Below, one piece after another: positions 1-8,653 of a stretch of DNA of 64,000 nucleotides (positions are counted from its first letter, which is position 1; every line of letters begins with the position of its first letter). Under the pieces are notes generated by a model, which saw only the letters and a list, made by a program, of their open reading frames with translations, was not told where the DNA came from and did no database searches. This DNA comes from an uncultured virus (IMG/VR IMGVR_UViG_3300033149_005651) (taxonomy: Duplodnaviria > Heunggongvirae > Uroviricota > Caudoviricetes), in IMG/VR virus record IMGVR_UViG_3300033149_005651. One strand, given 5' to 3'. Made by a program: the position numbers and the translations under genes.

Positions 1-30
1 TTCTATGATTACTTGTTCGATGTCGGTCAT
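1..30 (-). CDS. Cassette-array protein, partial (N-terminus MTDIEQVIIE; runs off the left edge)
   Basis: Same N-terminal motif and ATGA stop/start overlap as neighbouring array members. Confidence 0.75.
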   Translation of the reverse strand, partial: MTDIEQVIIE

Positions 31-299
31 GTTTTGGCCCAGTCCTCGATGTTTTGGAGGGAGTTGGGGTGATTAAGGTCGATGGTGATTGTGTCCCAAG
101 TGTTCTGAGTGGTGACGGTGTGTTGGTTGAGTGTGATTTGGGTTCCGGTTATATTGATGATTTTGTCGTGGTTGATGCCGAGAGCAATGTTGTGGTCGAT
201 GTTGCTGAGACTGGCGGTTTGTTTGGAGAAAAATTCGTTTTCTTTTGCGAATCCATGGGGTTTAAGTAGTTCTGATAATACTTTTTCTATGTCTGTCAT
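27..299 (-). CDS. Cassette-array protein (MTDIE...DLxxPNSL..IEDWAK family)
   Basis: Conserved termini, variable core, ATGA overlaps with both neighbours. Confidence 0.9.
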   Translation of the reverse strand: MTDIEKVLSELLKPHGFAKENEFFSKQTASLSNIDHNIALGINHDKIINITGTQITLNQHTVTTQNTWDTITIDLNHPNSLQNIEDWAKT

Positions 300-511
300 G
301 ACTTGGCCCAGTCCTCGATGATTTGGAGGGAGTTGGGGTCACAGAGGTCAATGGTGGTGCTTTTCCAGTCGATGCCCCATTGGCATAGTTTAACTTGTTC
401 TCTTATGATGTGAATAGATCTGTTTCTGTGGTTGTTGACAATATGTAAGCGGTCTTTTTTGAACCCGTGGGGTTTGAGTAGTTCTTCTAATACTTTTTCT
501 ATGTCTGTCAT
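296..511 (-). CDS. Cassette-array protein
   Basis: MTDIEKVLEELLKPHGF...IDLCDPNSLQIIEDWAKS. Confidence 0.9.
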   Translation of the reverse strand: MTDIEKVLEELLKPHGFKKDRLHIVNNHRNRSIHIIREQVKLCQWGIDWKSTTIDLCDPNSLQIIEDWAKS

Positions 512-780
512 GACTTGGCCCAGTCCTCGATGATTCGGAGGGAATTGGGGTCACAGAGGTCGATGGTGATTTCGCTATCGATTGCTGCCATCATGAGGGC
601 ACATAGGTTGTGACGCATATCTGTGGTGGCGATGTTATATAGTGTGATTTTATCTTCTTGGATGCTGAGGATTTTGTTGGTGTTTAGGTAGAATTGGATT
701 GCGTCGGGGGGTATTTGGGGTTCTTTTATGAATCCGTGTGGTGTTAGTATTTCTATGATGACTTGTTCTATGTCGGTCAT
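508..780 (-). CDS. Cassette-array protein
   Basis: MTDIEQVIIEILTPHGF...IDLCDPNSLRIIEDWAKS. Confidence 0.9.
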   Translation of the reverse strand: MTDIEQVIIEILTPHGFIKEPQIPPDAIQFYLNTNKILSIQEDKITLYNIATTDMRHNLCALMMAAIDSEITIDLCDPNSLRIIEDWAKS

Positions 781-1082
781 GGGATTTGTATGGTGTTGGG
801 TTCTTTTACCCAGTCCTCGATGATCTGGATGGAGTTGGGATCGCAGAGATCAATAGCGATATCATTTCGGACCCATTGGGTTCGAGAATCGGTACGGTTC
901 CATTTGGTCAGTCTGATCTGATCCTCGAAGATACAAACAGTCTTATAACTAGTGGCGTTGCTGCTGGTATCTTGAAAATACGAAGTCAAGTAATTAGCGG
1001 TGAATCCGTGACATATATCGAAGCCGTATGGTTTTAATAGCTCTAATATTACTTGTTCAATCATAATTACTTGTTCAATCAT
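777..1082 (-). CDS. Cassette-array protein with an 18-bp tandem duplication of its start (MIEQVI x2)
   Basis: Conserved termini; duplicated ATGATTGAACAAGTAAT. Confidence 0.88.
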   Translation of the reverse strand: MIEQVIMIEQVILELLKPYGFDICHGFTANYLTSYFQDTSSNATSYKTVCIFEDQIRLTKWNRTDSRTQWVRNDIAIDLCDPNSIQIIEDWVKEPNTIQIP

Positions 1083-1348
1083 GTTGGGCCTTTTTCTTTT
1101 GCCCAGTCTTCAATGATTTGGATGGAGTTGGGGTCACAGAGATCAATAATGATTTCGTACCAATTTTGTTTGGATCGTGCGACGAAGCCCGGTTGGAGTT
1201 GGGTATCCCATTGTTTTAGTTCGACTTGGCTATTGGTAATATGAACTAGTTTACAGAGGTGATTGTTGTGATAATAATAACTATGTGTGTTGGTTGTGAA
1301 CCCGTGGGATTCTAGGAGTTCTTGGAGGACTTTTTCTATGTCTGTCAT
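1079..1348 (-). CDS. Cassette-array protein (start corrected to MTDIEKV at 1348)
   Basis: The track's N-terminal extension is the out-of-frame tail of the upstream cassette. Confidence 0.88.
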   Translation of the reverse strand: MTDIEKVLQELLESHGFTTNTHSYYYHNNHLCKLVHITNSQVELKQWDTQLQPGFVARSKQNWYEIIIDLCDPNSIQIIEDWAKEKGPT

Positions 1349-1629
1349 GGTTTGGCCCAGTCCTCGATAATCTTGAGGGAGTTGGGGTCGCAAAGGTCAG
1401 TAAGGATAATATCCCAATCTGTTTGACCCCAGCAGAGTAGTTTGACTTGGGTTTCGGTTATTTCGATGATTTTGTCGCCGTTGCTAATAAGACTATTGTC
1501 ATTTCTGTTGAAGGAGATATTGCTGAAGCTGGCGAAGTCTTTGTCGTAGCAGTTGTTGTAATTGTGTGCGGTACTTATGAATCCGTGGGGTTCTAGTAAT
1601 TGATGAATTACTTTTTCTATGTCTGTCAT
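1345..1629 (-). CDS. Cassette-array protein (internal start MTDIEKVIHQLLEPHGF)
   Basis: Conserved termini; core related to the 1698-1994 member. Confidence 0.88.
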   Translation of the reverse strand: MTDIEKVIHQLLEPHGFISTAHNYNNCYDKDFASFSNISFNRNDNSLISNGDKIIEITETQVKLLCWGQTDWDIILTDLCDPNSLKIIEDWAKP

Positions 1630-1701
1630 GACTTGGCCCAGTCCTCGATGATTTGGAGGGAGTTCTAGTAATTGATGAATTACTCGCTCAATGTCTGTCA
1701 T
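1626..1701 (-). pseudogene. 'Empty' cassette: conserved 5' end fused directly to conserved 3' end, core deleted
   Basis: ATGACAGACATTGAGCGAGTAATTCATCAATTACTAGAAC joined to TCCCTCCAAATCATCGAGGACTGGGCCAAGTCATGA. Confidence 0.8.
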
Positions 1702-1994
1702 GGTTTTGCCCAGTCCTCGATGGTTTGGAGGGAGTTGGGGTCGCAGAGGTCAGTGGAAGTGATTTCCCAATCTGCTTGTTCACGGTTCCAGTAGAGTAGT
1801 TTGACCTTGGTTTCGGTTATTTCGACGAATTTGTCGCTGTCGTCAAGGCCATTGCTATTAAAGCCATTGCTGAAGCTGACGAAGCTACTGTGACATGATC
1901 CGGTATAGACACCGTTGTAGTTGTTGACATATGTGTTTTTTATGAATCCATGAGGTTTTAACATTTCTTGGATTACTTGTTCGATGTCTGTCAT
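1698..1994 (-). CDS. Cassette-array protein (start corrected to 1994)
   Basis: MTDIEQVIQEMLKPHGF...TDLCDPNSLQTIEDWAKP. Confidence 0.88.
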   Translation of the reverse strand: MTDIEQVIQEMLKPHGFIKNTYVNNYNGVYTGSCHSSFVSFSNGFNSNGLDDSDKFVEITETKVKLLYWNREQADWEITSTDLCDPNSLQTIEDWAKP

Positions 1995-1996
1995 GA

Positions 1997-2221
1997 TTAG
2001 CAGCGGCCTGTGCCTCCGCATTTTGAGCAGAGGTCGGTTTGGTTGGTGATGGTTTTTACGCCGCTACCGCGTTGGATTACGCGGTAGCTAACACCTTGGT
2101 GGACTAAATGTGAAATGATATATTTAGCGGATGCGTTATCTGTGACTGTGCATTTGATGTTCTCTTCATTGCGTAGGCGATTGATGATGTTATCGCATGC
2201 TGTTTGGTTGATTCGTGCCAT
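1997..2221 (-). CDS. Hypothetical protein with a C-terminal CxxCGGxGxC motif; first gene of the array transcript
   Basis: ORF directly downstream of the promoter motif at 2242-2267. Confidence 0.75.
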   Translation of the reverse strand: MARINQTACDNIINRLRNEENIKCTVTDNASAKYIISHLVHQGVSYRVIQRGSGVKTITNQTDLCSKCGGTGRC

Positions 2222-2241
2222 GGGGTGATTCCTGTTTGAAT

Positions 2242-2267
2242 TGTTACAAGATACAATGGGATGTTAA
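2242..2267 (-). promoter_or_regulatory. Phage promoter motif TTAAC-N13-TTGTAACA
   Basis: One of 19 fixed-spacing copies, all upstream of minus-strand genes. Confidence 0.75.
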
Positions 2268-2540
2268 CACTCGTTTCGGTCTAAGAATTCTGTTAGTCCT
2301 CGGTGGTTGTGACTTTTTTGCCCAGTCCTCAATGAGGGTGAGGGAATTGGGGTCACAGAGATCAAATACTAACTCTTCCCATCGTGCATCGGTCCATCGA
2401 CAAAGCGCGACATGGTCTTCTATAATATAAAGAGATTTGTAACCATTTAAAAACCATCTGCCGGATGATTTTGGCGGTTTGATGTTGACAAATTCGTATG
2501 GTTCCAACAAAATCATTATCGCTTGTTCAATATCGGTCAT
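2244..2540 (-). CDS. Cassette-family protein (start corrected to 2540)
   Basis: MTDIEQAIMILLEPYEF...FDLCDPNSLTLIEDWAK. Confidence 0.85.
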   Translation of the reverse strand: MTDIEQAIMILLEPYEFVNIKPPKSSGRWFLNGYKSLYIIEDHVALCRWTDARWEELVFDLCDPNSLTLIEDWAKKSQPPRTNRILRPKRVLTSHCIL

Positions 2541-3115
2541 TATTGCACCCCACCGTGTTTTTCGATTTTGTAGTTTGATTCTTGTCGCCATGGGCCGGTG
2601 GATTTACATGTGATGTCTAAACAACGCAAGAGTTTTATCTGTCGTTGTCCTTCGCTCATTCTTATTTCAGAGATTGTGAAATATGGGCCGAATCCGCTGA
2701 TGTTCTGTACAAGATCACCGACACTGAAAGTGTCGTTCATTTTGTATGTATGTGTCTCTTCTTCTCTTTTGCGATCAAAGTCTTTGGTGATTACCATGAT
2801 GTCGAGCATGAATGTGATTTGATTGTTGTATGTTCCAAGGAAGACTGCCTCTTCTTTACTTTCATCGAACCATTCACCGGCCATCCACATATTTTCAACC
2901 CAAATTTCTTGGGAGAGGAGTTCGTTGACGAAGTTTTCGACGGTGAGTTTATCGAAGCCAGTAATCTGACAGATTTCTCCAATATCTCTGGTGGCCCAAC
3001 CCATCCATAAGACAATTATTGCTTGTCTGTGTAATTCACAAAGACCCGCCCATTCGGAGAAATTCTCGGCGAGTTCAACAGAGGTTTCGTATCTTTCTTG
3101 GTGTGTTTTATTCAT
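2540..3115 (-). CDS. Hypothetical protein
   Basis: 191-aa ORF coupled to both neighbours. Confidence 0.75.
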   Translation of the reverse strand: MNKTHQERYETSVELAENFSEWAGLCELHRQAIIVLWMGWATRDIGEICQITGFDKLTVENFVNELLSQEIWVENMWMAGEWFDESKEEAVFLGTYNNQITFMLDIMVITKDFDRKREEETHTYKMNDTFSVGDLVQNISGFGPYFTISEIRMSEGQRQIKLLRCLDITCKSTGPWRQESNYKIEKHGGVQ

Positions 3116-3375
3116 TTTGAAGTCGATAATATCCAGTTTCTGATGATATCAAAAGAGTTGGGGTCACAGAGATCGACGAAAGTTTTGTCCCAGCGTGATT
3201 CATTACCCCATTGACTTAATACGATTTGGCCGCCAGCAACGCGGATTAGTCTGTAGCGATAGTCGTTGTTGTCATGATAGTAGTTTGGCCAGCCGCTTGC
3301 GAGCTTGTTTGGTGAGAATCCATATGGCTTTAGGAATTCTAACATTACTTGTTCGATGTCTGTTGTGGGTTTCAT
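3112..3375 (-). CDS. Cassette-family protein (divergent)
   Basis: TTDIEQVMLEFLKPYGF...VDLCDPNSFDIIRNW. Confidence 0.85.
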   Translation of the reverse strand: MKPTTDIEQVMLEFLKPYGFSPNKLASGWPNYYHDNNDYRYRLIRVAGGQIVLSQWGNESRWDKTFVDLCDPNSFDIIRNWILSTSK

Positions 3376-4166
3376 TTGAAGGTTTCTTCAACATAGATTC
3401 TGATAGCTGTTTGAATCATTCGTTTGTCGACTTGGTTGAATTTGGTGGAGTCTAAAGTCACCTTGGGGAAGTTGCTTCTAAGTTTCACTTTTTTAGTAGA
3501 ATTAGTGACTCTTGTGATCGGGTAGAAGGTTTCGCCGTTTGTAATAATGCTGAAAGATGCTCCTTGATGTCCTATCCCGCCACATAGAAAGAATGGCTCT
3601 TTGTCTGGTTTAGACGGTGCTTCTAATATCACTGTCCGTCTGTTTAAAGAAACAATACTTTTGACACAGACTGTGCTGATTTGCGCACAGTTTGTTACAA
3701 ATGTCTCATTAATGACGAAGTCCTCGTCGCAGAATTCACTAGGAACAACGTATGCTTTTGATCCTAAGATACGTTCTACATTTTCTAACAAATCGTCAAG
3801 AGTTTTATCACCTACATCGGCATTTTCGTATCCACTACCGACGGTTTTTTGTTTGATGAGCCATCGCACTGAGAAGTGACGGGCTGATCTTTCGTTTATG
3901 GGGTTTGCACTATAGGATGGCATTCGATATTGAACGACAGCTTTCACGCTGATCCCGAGTTTCTTATTTATCGCTTTAAGTATGAGGAACGGTGGGCAAT
4001 CAGAAACCCCATTGTAGTAAGGGGTGCTCTTTTTACAGGAAACTCGATAGCCGTTTTCTGGTGTTCTTGCACCTTTCAGCGTTGGTTCTCCGAATTGGTT
4101 GCAGAAAGAGCGAAAATTGACGCGGATGTGTTCTCGGATTTCGGCGTCGTTTTTGAATTTTTCCAT
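3372..4166 (-). CDS. Hypothetical protein, possible distant paralog of 8654-9502 and 14340-15083
   Basis: Similar C-terminus (FF.....; D..MIQTAIRI). Confidence 0.75.
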   Translation of the reverse strand: MEKFKNDAEIREHIRVNFRSFCNQFGEPTLKGARTPENGYRVSCKKSTPYYNGVSDCPPFLILKAINKKLGISVKAVVQYRMPSYSANPINERSARHFSVRWLIKQKTVGSGYENADVGDKTLDDLLENVERILGSKAYVVPSEFCDEDFVINETFVTNCAQISTVCVKSIVSLNRRTVILEAPSKPDKEPFFLCGGIGHQGASFSIITNGETFYPITRVTNSTKKVKLRSNFPKVTLDSTKFNQVDKRMIQTAIRIYVEETFK

Positions 4167-4170
4167 TATT

Positions 4171-4389
4171 TTATCGCTTTCGTAGGTGGGCGTTACGGGC
4201 TTGGCGGAGTGCTTCGGGGTTGTTTTGTGGGATCATGATGATGGTGGCGGCACAGCCTTTTGCAGCTGTTCCGACCATGAAGCCCATTTGGCGGCCCGTT
4301 TGCGAGCATTTGACGCACGTTGTCGTGCTGGGGAGGATTTCGAGGCGTTCGGTGGGGATTGGTTCGCCACATTTTTCGCAGTTTCGCAT
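4171..4389 (-). CDS. TraR/DksA-type C4 zinc-finger protein
   Basis: CEKCGEPIPTERLEILPSTTTCVKC; SD GGAG before the ATG at 4389. Confidence 0.85.
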   Translation of the reverse strand: MRNCEKCGEPIPTERLEILPSTTTCVKCSQTGRQMGFMVGTAAKGCAATIIMIPQNNPEALRQARNAHLRKR

Positions 4390-4426
4390 TGCCTTCTCTC
4401 CTGTGTGTGGGTGGTGCCTACACAGA

Positions 4427-4452
4427 TGTTGCAAGACGAATCCCCCCGTTAA
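4427..4452 (-). promoter_or_regulatory. Phage promoter motif TTAAC-N13-TTGCAACA
   Basis: Motif copy upstream of the TraR-like gene. Confidence 0.75.
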
Positions 4453-4503
4453 ATGGGGCTTATTGGGTGATTTGGGCCTGAATAGGCCAAATAAGACAAA
4501 TCT

Positions 4504-4887
4504 CTACTCTAAATCAATTTCGACCTCGCGGCAAATCCCCGGAGGGATTTCGGCGATAATCACGTAATCACCGTCCATGTCTTCTTCATACTCAAATTCA
4601 TCGTATTCTTCGATACGCTGGATTGCTTCTTCTCGCGTGCTATTCCGAACAGCAAAAACCTTGGTTTCTCCGAGTTTATTGATAATCAACCAGTCTTTTT
4701 TCATATCCTTAGCCGCTGTCAAATAGATCTCGACTTCTTCAACACACACATTGTGTGGATGGTCGTCCCAACCATCAACTGAAAATGTAGTCTCGCGGAC
4801 CCGACTCTCAGCTTCTTTTTGAGTCTCAGCGTCCTGAACTTCGACAGCTAAAGCAATAGTGAAATAAGCTACAACTCTATGGCTCAT
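4504..4887 (-). CDS. Hypothetical acidic protein
   Basis: 127-aa ORF with ATGA overlap. Confidence 0.7.
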   Translation of the reverse strand: MSHRVVAYFTIALAVEVQDAETQKEAESRVRETTFSVDGWDDHPHNVCVEEVEIYLTAAKDMKKDWLIINKLGETKVFAVRNSTREEAIQRIEEYDEFEYEEDMDGDYVIIAEIPPGICREVEIDLE

Positions 4888-5429
4888 GATAAGGCTTTAT
4901 CTTTCCAGTATCCGAAGGATTCACGCATTTGTGCTTCGAACTCTATGGGGGTCATATTGGTTTTGGTGCCGCCGCTGGAACCAAAATGATTATGCAATAA
5001 GGTGTCTGGATCGATTGGGGCTATTTCTCTTGTTGGGAAGCCGTTGATCGATATAATCTCCCAATCTTTATCGCTTTCGGCGTCATCGTCTTCTGTCAAT
5101 ATGTTATGACTGTAACAGATGATATGGACAAGTTGGGCGGGGATTTTACCGTTGCTACGATTCACCCGAATTGATTTTCGGGATTTTTCTCCATCGCGGC
5201 GCGGTTTGAATTCGCCGGTTAATTGGTCCCCATCACAGAGTGTCACTAAGCCGGTGAAGAACCCAGCGGGTGGTACCTCTATGATGATGACGCCTTCTCG
5301 GTATCCTGGTTTGATAATGGCGCTTGCTTGGACGAGAGCTAAGAGTTCTTTGTCGGTCCATGTGTGATGTGTGTAAGGGCTTTCGGGTGTTTGTCGCCGA
5401 ACGAATGAGTTGATGTGGATGTCGTTAAT
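4884..5429 (-). CDS. DUF3228-like protein with a probable AUU start
   Basis: Frame stays open upstream of the track start to ATT at 5429, 7 nt after AAGGAG; motifs FVRRQ, PGYREGV, WEIISI, GG...YW. Confidence 0.75.
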   Translation of the reverse strand: MNDIHINSFVRRQTPESPYTHHTWTDKELLALVQASAIIKPGYREGVIIIEVPPAGFFTGLVTLCDGDQLTGEFKPRRDGEKSRKSIRVNRSNGKIPAQLVHIICYSHNILTEDDDAESDKDWEIISINGFPTREIAPIDPDTLLHNHFGSSGGTKTNMTPIEFEAQMRESFGYWKDKALS

Positions 5430-5497
5430 TTGATTTCTCCTTATTAAATTCGTTAATAGACTGTTGCAAGATCGGGTACCGCGTGAAATTTTTTCTC

Positions 5498-6058
5498 CTA
5501 ACGCGGTCCACGGATTTTGGATTCATCGAGCCATTTCTTTATTTCATCAAAACAAGCTGGATTTGCTAATTCAAACCGTTTGAATTCAGCCATTCTATCA
5601 TATCTTGCTCGTGGGTAATAGATAAAAATTTTTATTGTATCGCCATCATCGTCAGTTTGTACATGTATCAATTTGTTAGGAAGAGAATGAAAACGCCGGT
5701 ATGAATAATTAATTTCCCTCCGACCTTTTAGATGCAGGAAAAGACGCAGCATCTGTATAATATATCTCAATTTAGTGGGCGGACTTTCAGATCTGGTATA
5801 CATTTCATGATGATATGGTCTTTTTTCACGGATTATTGGATATCCGAAATATTTTGCAATTGCCCATGCGATAGGATCTGGTTCAGTTTCACAGAAAACA
5901 ATCCATTTGGTCTTTCTATATTTCCAATCGAATCGCCTACGAAGAGAAAACAGTATGAGCCATTTCGGAAGCAATAATATATCAAAAATGCAGTACCATA
6001 TCGTGATGTAACTGCTAACCATTAAAAAGTAGCTAAGAACTATGGTGGTGATGTCCAT
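5498..6058 (-). CDS. Hypothetical membrane-anchored protein with a DP-type C-terminus (FELANPACFDEIKKW)
   Basis: Hydrophobic N-terminus; motif. Confidence 0.7.
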   Translation of the reverse strand: MDITTIVLSYFLMVSSYITIWYCIFDILLLPKWLILFSLRRRFDWKYRKTKWIVFCETEPDPIAWAIAKYFGYPIIREKRPYHHEMYTRSESPPTKLRYIIQMLRLFLHLKGRREINYSYRRFHSLPNKLIHVQTDDDGDTIKIFIYYPRARYDRMAEFKRFELANPACFDEIKKWLDESKIRGPR

Positions 6059-6665
6059 CTTGCTTTATGATTTTTTCACACTTACACCATGGACAGCACA
6101 TTGGCGATTGAGGATCTGAGGTATAGAATTTTTTATCGCAACCCGGACAAGTATATTGTACACCGCTGCAGATAACAATGCTTTCAGGTTTGCTAAATTT
6201 AACGTTATTTCTTTCCTTCTTTTCTAGTTTATCTTTTTTGTTCTGTTCTCGTCTAAATTTACGAAGATGATTGCATTCTTTTTTCCCGCATATATGACAA
6301 ACTGCTCTAAAAACAGTTTTCACGACTTTATAATCACCACAGTCCTTAACAATTAAAACAATACGGGTGCTTTTATCAAAGATTAGTTCTTCACAATCCT
6401 GTAATGTTGCGTGTATGAACCATGGTCGAAGTTCTTTATCGTTTACATCAACAGCACAACCACGACAATAAATCACGTAAATTTTCGTAGCACAAACAGT
6501 ATTTTGTTTTAACAATTTGCTATTTTCATAGACCACGCCGCATCGTTCACGGAATCGATCGATCGCATGCGTTGATATAGCAAGTGAAAGGATTCGAAGC
6601 TGGCCATCGACAAACGTTGGATCTAAATCCCCACTACGTCTTTCTGTTTCCGATTCTTCTTTCAT
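6033..6665 (-). CDS. Hypothetical protein with an HAxxRxxER motif and C-terminal Zn ribbon
   Basis: HAIDRFRER; CPGC...CPWC. Confidence 0.7.
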   Translation of the reverse strand: MKEESETERRSGDLDPTFVDGQLRILSLAISTHAIDRFRERCGVVYENSKLLKQNTVCATKIYVIYCRGCAVDVNDKELRPWFIHATLQDCEELIFDKSTRIVLIVKDCGDYKVVKTVFRAVCHICGKKECNHLRKFRREQNKKDKLEKKERNNVKFSKPESIVICSGVQYTCPGCDKKFYTSDPQSPMCCPWCKCEKIIKQDGHHHHSS

Positions 6666-7405
6666 CCTAGGCTTTCGATGATATTATCAAGTATTTCATC
6701 TAAAGGTTTAATACCGTCAAATATTATGCCCTGGCTCATACCAGCACCAACCAAGATCGTACCAGTACCATCTTTATAAAAATTTGCCATAGAAAAATCC
6801 CATTGCTTAAAAATTTTATCCCCTTTATTATATTCATCCGAGACTTCGGCTGCTATTGTGTTTTTGATACCATCTAACCAAATTTTGACTGCACTACCAT
6901 CACATATCGCAACAGCTTTTGGAAAACCACGATCTCTGCAGGCCCGAATAGTTACTGACTTTGCCGTATTACCCGGAAGATTAATACGTCCCATTCTTGC
7001 GATTTGATCCGTGTTTGTAGCAGACATCATCAAAGCTTTGAAAGTATCGGCGATTGAGAGGATTTTCTCAATTGTGGCTTCGGGATCGCAATTTGGATTT
7101 CGCACATCACCGTGGCTGAATTCAAGTTTATGGTAAGCTCTTCGGTTATAGCTACCAGCAGCACCAGAAATGAGTTCAATACTGATACTTTCATCGGTTA
7201 CATGAACTATTGGGTTACCAAAAATAGCAAGCTGCAATCCGCCCATTTTACGGACCCAGGCTATCTGTCGCTCGCTAAGTTTTTGTTCGAGGATTCTTTT
7301 ATAGATCCCAGCGAATGTTTTCGGCGGCATATTAACCTCTGGCTCCGAATATTTCTGGAAGACGACGATTGAATGCTTCTCTTTCGATTTTCGACATACG
7401 TACAT
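6662..7405 (-). CDS. Hypothetical protein
   Basis: Long ORF in the operon; start uncertain. Confidence 0.7.
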   Translation of the reverse strand: MYVCRKSKEKHSIVVFQKYSEPEVNMPPKTFAGIYKRILEQKLSERQIAWVRKMGGLQLAIFGNPIVHVTDESISIELISGAAGSYNRRAYHKLEFSHGDVRNPNCDPEATIEKILSIADTFKALMMSATNTDQIARMGRINLPGNTAKSVTIRACRDRGFPKAVAICDGSAVKIWLDGIKNTIAAEVSDEYNKGDKIFKQWDFSMANFYKDGTGTILVGAGMSQGIIFDGIKPLDEILDNIIESLG

Positions 7406-7880
7406 GTTTGAAATACTTCACAATGACTTCATCGAAAAAAGTTGATCTTGCGCTTGTATTATCATGAACCTTAATTTCTTTAGATTCAAAGGCTGGGTAA
7501 TATCCGTCCATACATTGCGGATCGTCACTAGGAACATGAAACTTTCCCTCTGTAACAACATGAAACAAAGTAACAGGAAGTACCATAAGCCTATCAGAAA
7601 CAAACCTCCAAGTTCGAATACCACTTGAAACAATGCTGAGAGCATGCTGAAAATTTTTAAATGCAAAAAAGCAAGCCTTTTCATCATCTACTTGTATACG
7701 CTTGTTTGGAGCATATACAAGATCATGTTTAAATGCTCCAGCAAATGCTGTTTGAAGTTCTTCATGTTCATTACGAATGAAGATCTTATATGCTTCAACT
7801 TGCAAGATTTCGACGGGTTTTTCACATGTCATACACATTTTTATTCCTCGATTTTCACTTGTTCTGCCCGCTTTTCGCAA
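7332..7880 (-). CDS. Hypothetical protein
   Basis: ORF in the operon; start uncertain. Confidence 0.65.
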   Translation of the reverse strand: MRKAGRTSENRGIKMCMTCEKPVEILQVEAYKIFIRNEHEELQTAFAGAFKHDLVYAPNKRIQVDDEKACFFAFKNFQHALSIVSSGIRTWRFVSDRLMVLPVTLFHVVTEGKFHVPSDDPQCMDGYYPAFESKEIKVHDNTSARSTFFDEVIVKYFKHVRMSKIEREAFNRRLPEIFGARG

Positions 7881-8653
7881 GCTTCTCGGTAGGTGTCAAC
7901 ATACGGCGACTCAGTAGGGAGAGTCCTACCATGTGCCGCATAGGCAGATTCGATAGCGCACGCCACGTGAGAAACCATCGCGTTTTGGTGATGGTCGTCA
8001 GAGCCCACAGGCAGATTACAGATATTACAACGCATGGTTTTCTCTCCAATTAATCAGAAAAGAAGAAATCAGCAACAGATGCTCGAAAAATCGGATCATC
8101 GGAAATCACAAAGACTGATTCAACATAACCATTATCGAACCAAACGATCTCCGCCAATTGCTCTCCACGAGTTACATGGATCGAGCACAAACTATCAGAA
8201 TTGATGACGTCATATTCATATGATGTCGAGTTCACGGCCCCAACACTCCGACGTTCTGCATTAAAACCCTGTTCTCGTAATTCAACAACAATCTTATCAG
8301 CGTTCATGTTCTCTCCTAGTTAATATTCGCACGTTCTTCAAGAGTCGTCGATTTGTACCAAGCATTGAGAATCATCTTCATGTGCTTGAAAAAGTCCTCC
8401 GGTGAGTGTTCATCCGGCTCGCCTAGAATATGATCCCAGATGTATTCACAGCAGACTTCGCAGAGATGGGATAGCCCAATATTCCCGCTGATTTCTCCGG
8501 CCATCATCAAACAAACAGATAAATCACATCCCCGCATGGTCCAATTAGCGATGCTCCTGTGACAAAGATATATCATATTGTTCAGTTCACCAGCACTCGG
8601 CACATAATCATCCGAAACCGGTAGATCTAAAGATAGCGTCATTTTTGATGTTT

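Noticed and set aside
1..2000. CRISPR array
   Set aside because: Repeats are ~70 bp and protein-coding, spacers are 140-230 bp and in frame, and no cas genes are present.
1..3375. Diversity-generating retroelement or integron
   Set aside because: No reverse transcriptase or integrase in the window, no attC-like palindromes noticed, and variation is not adenine-specific.
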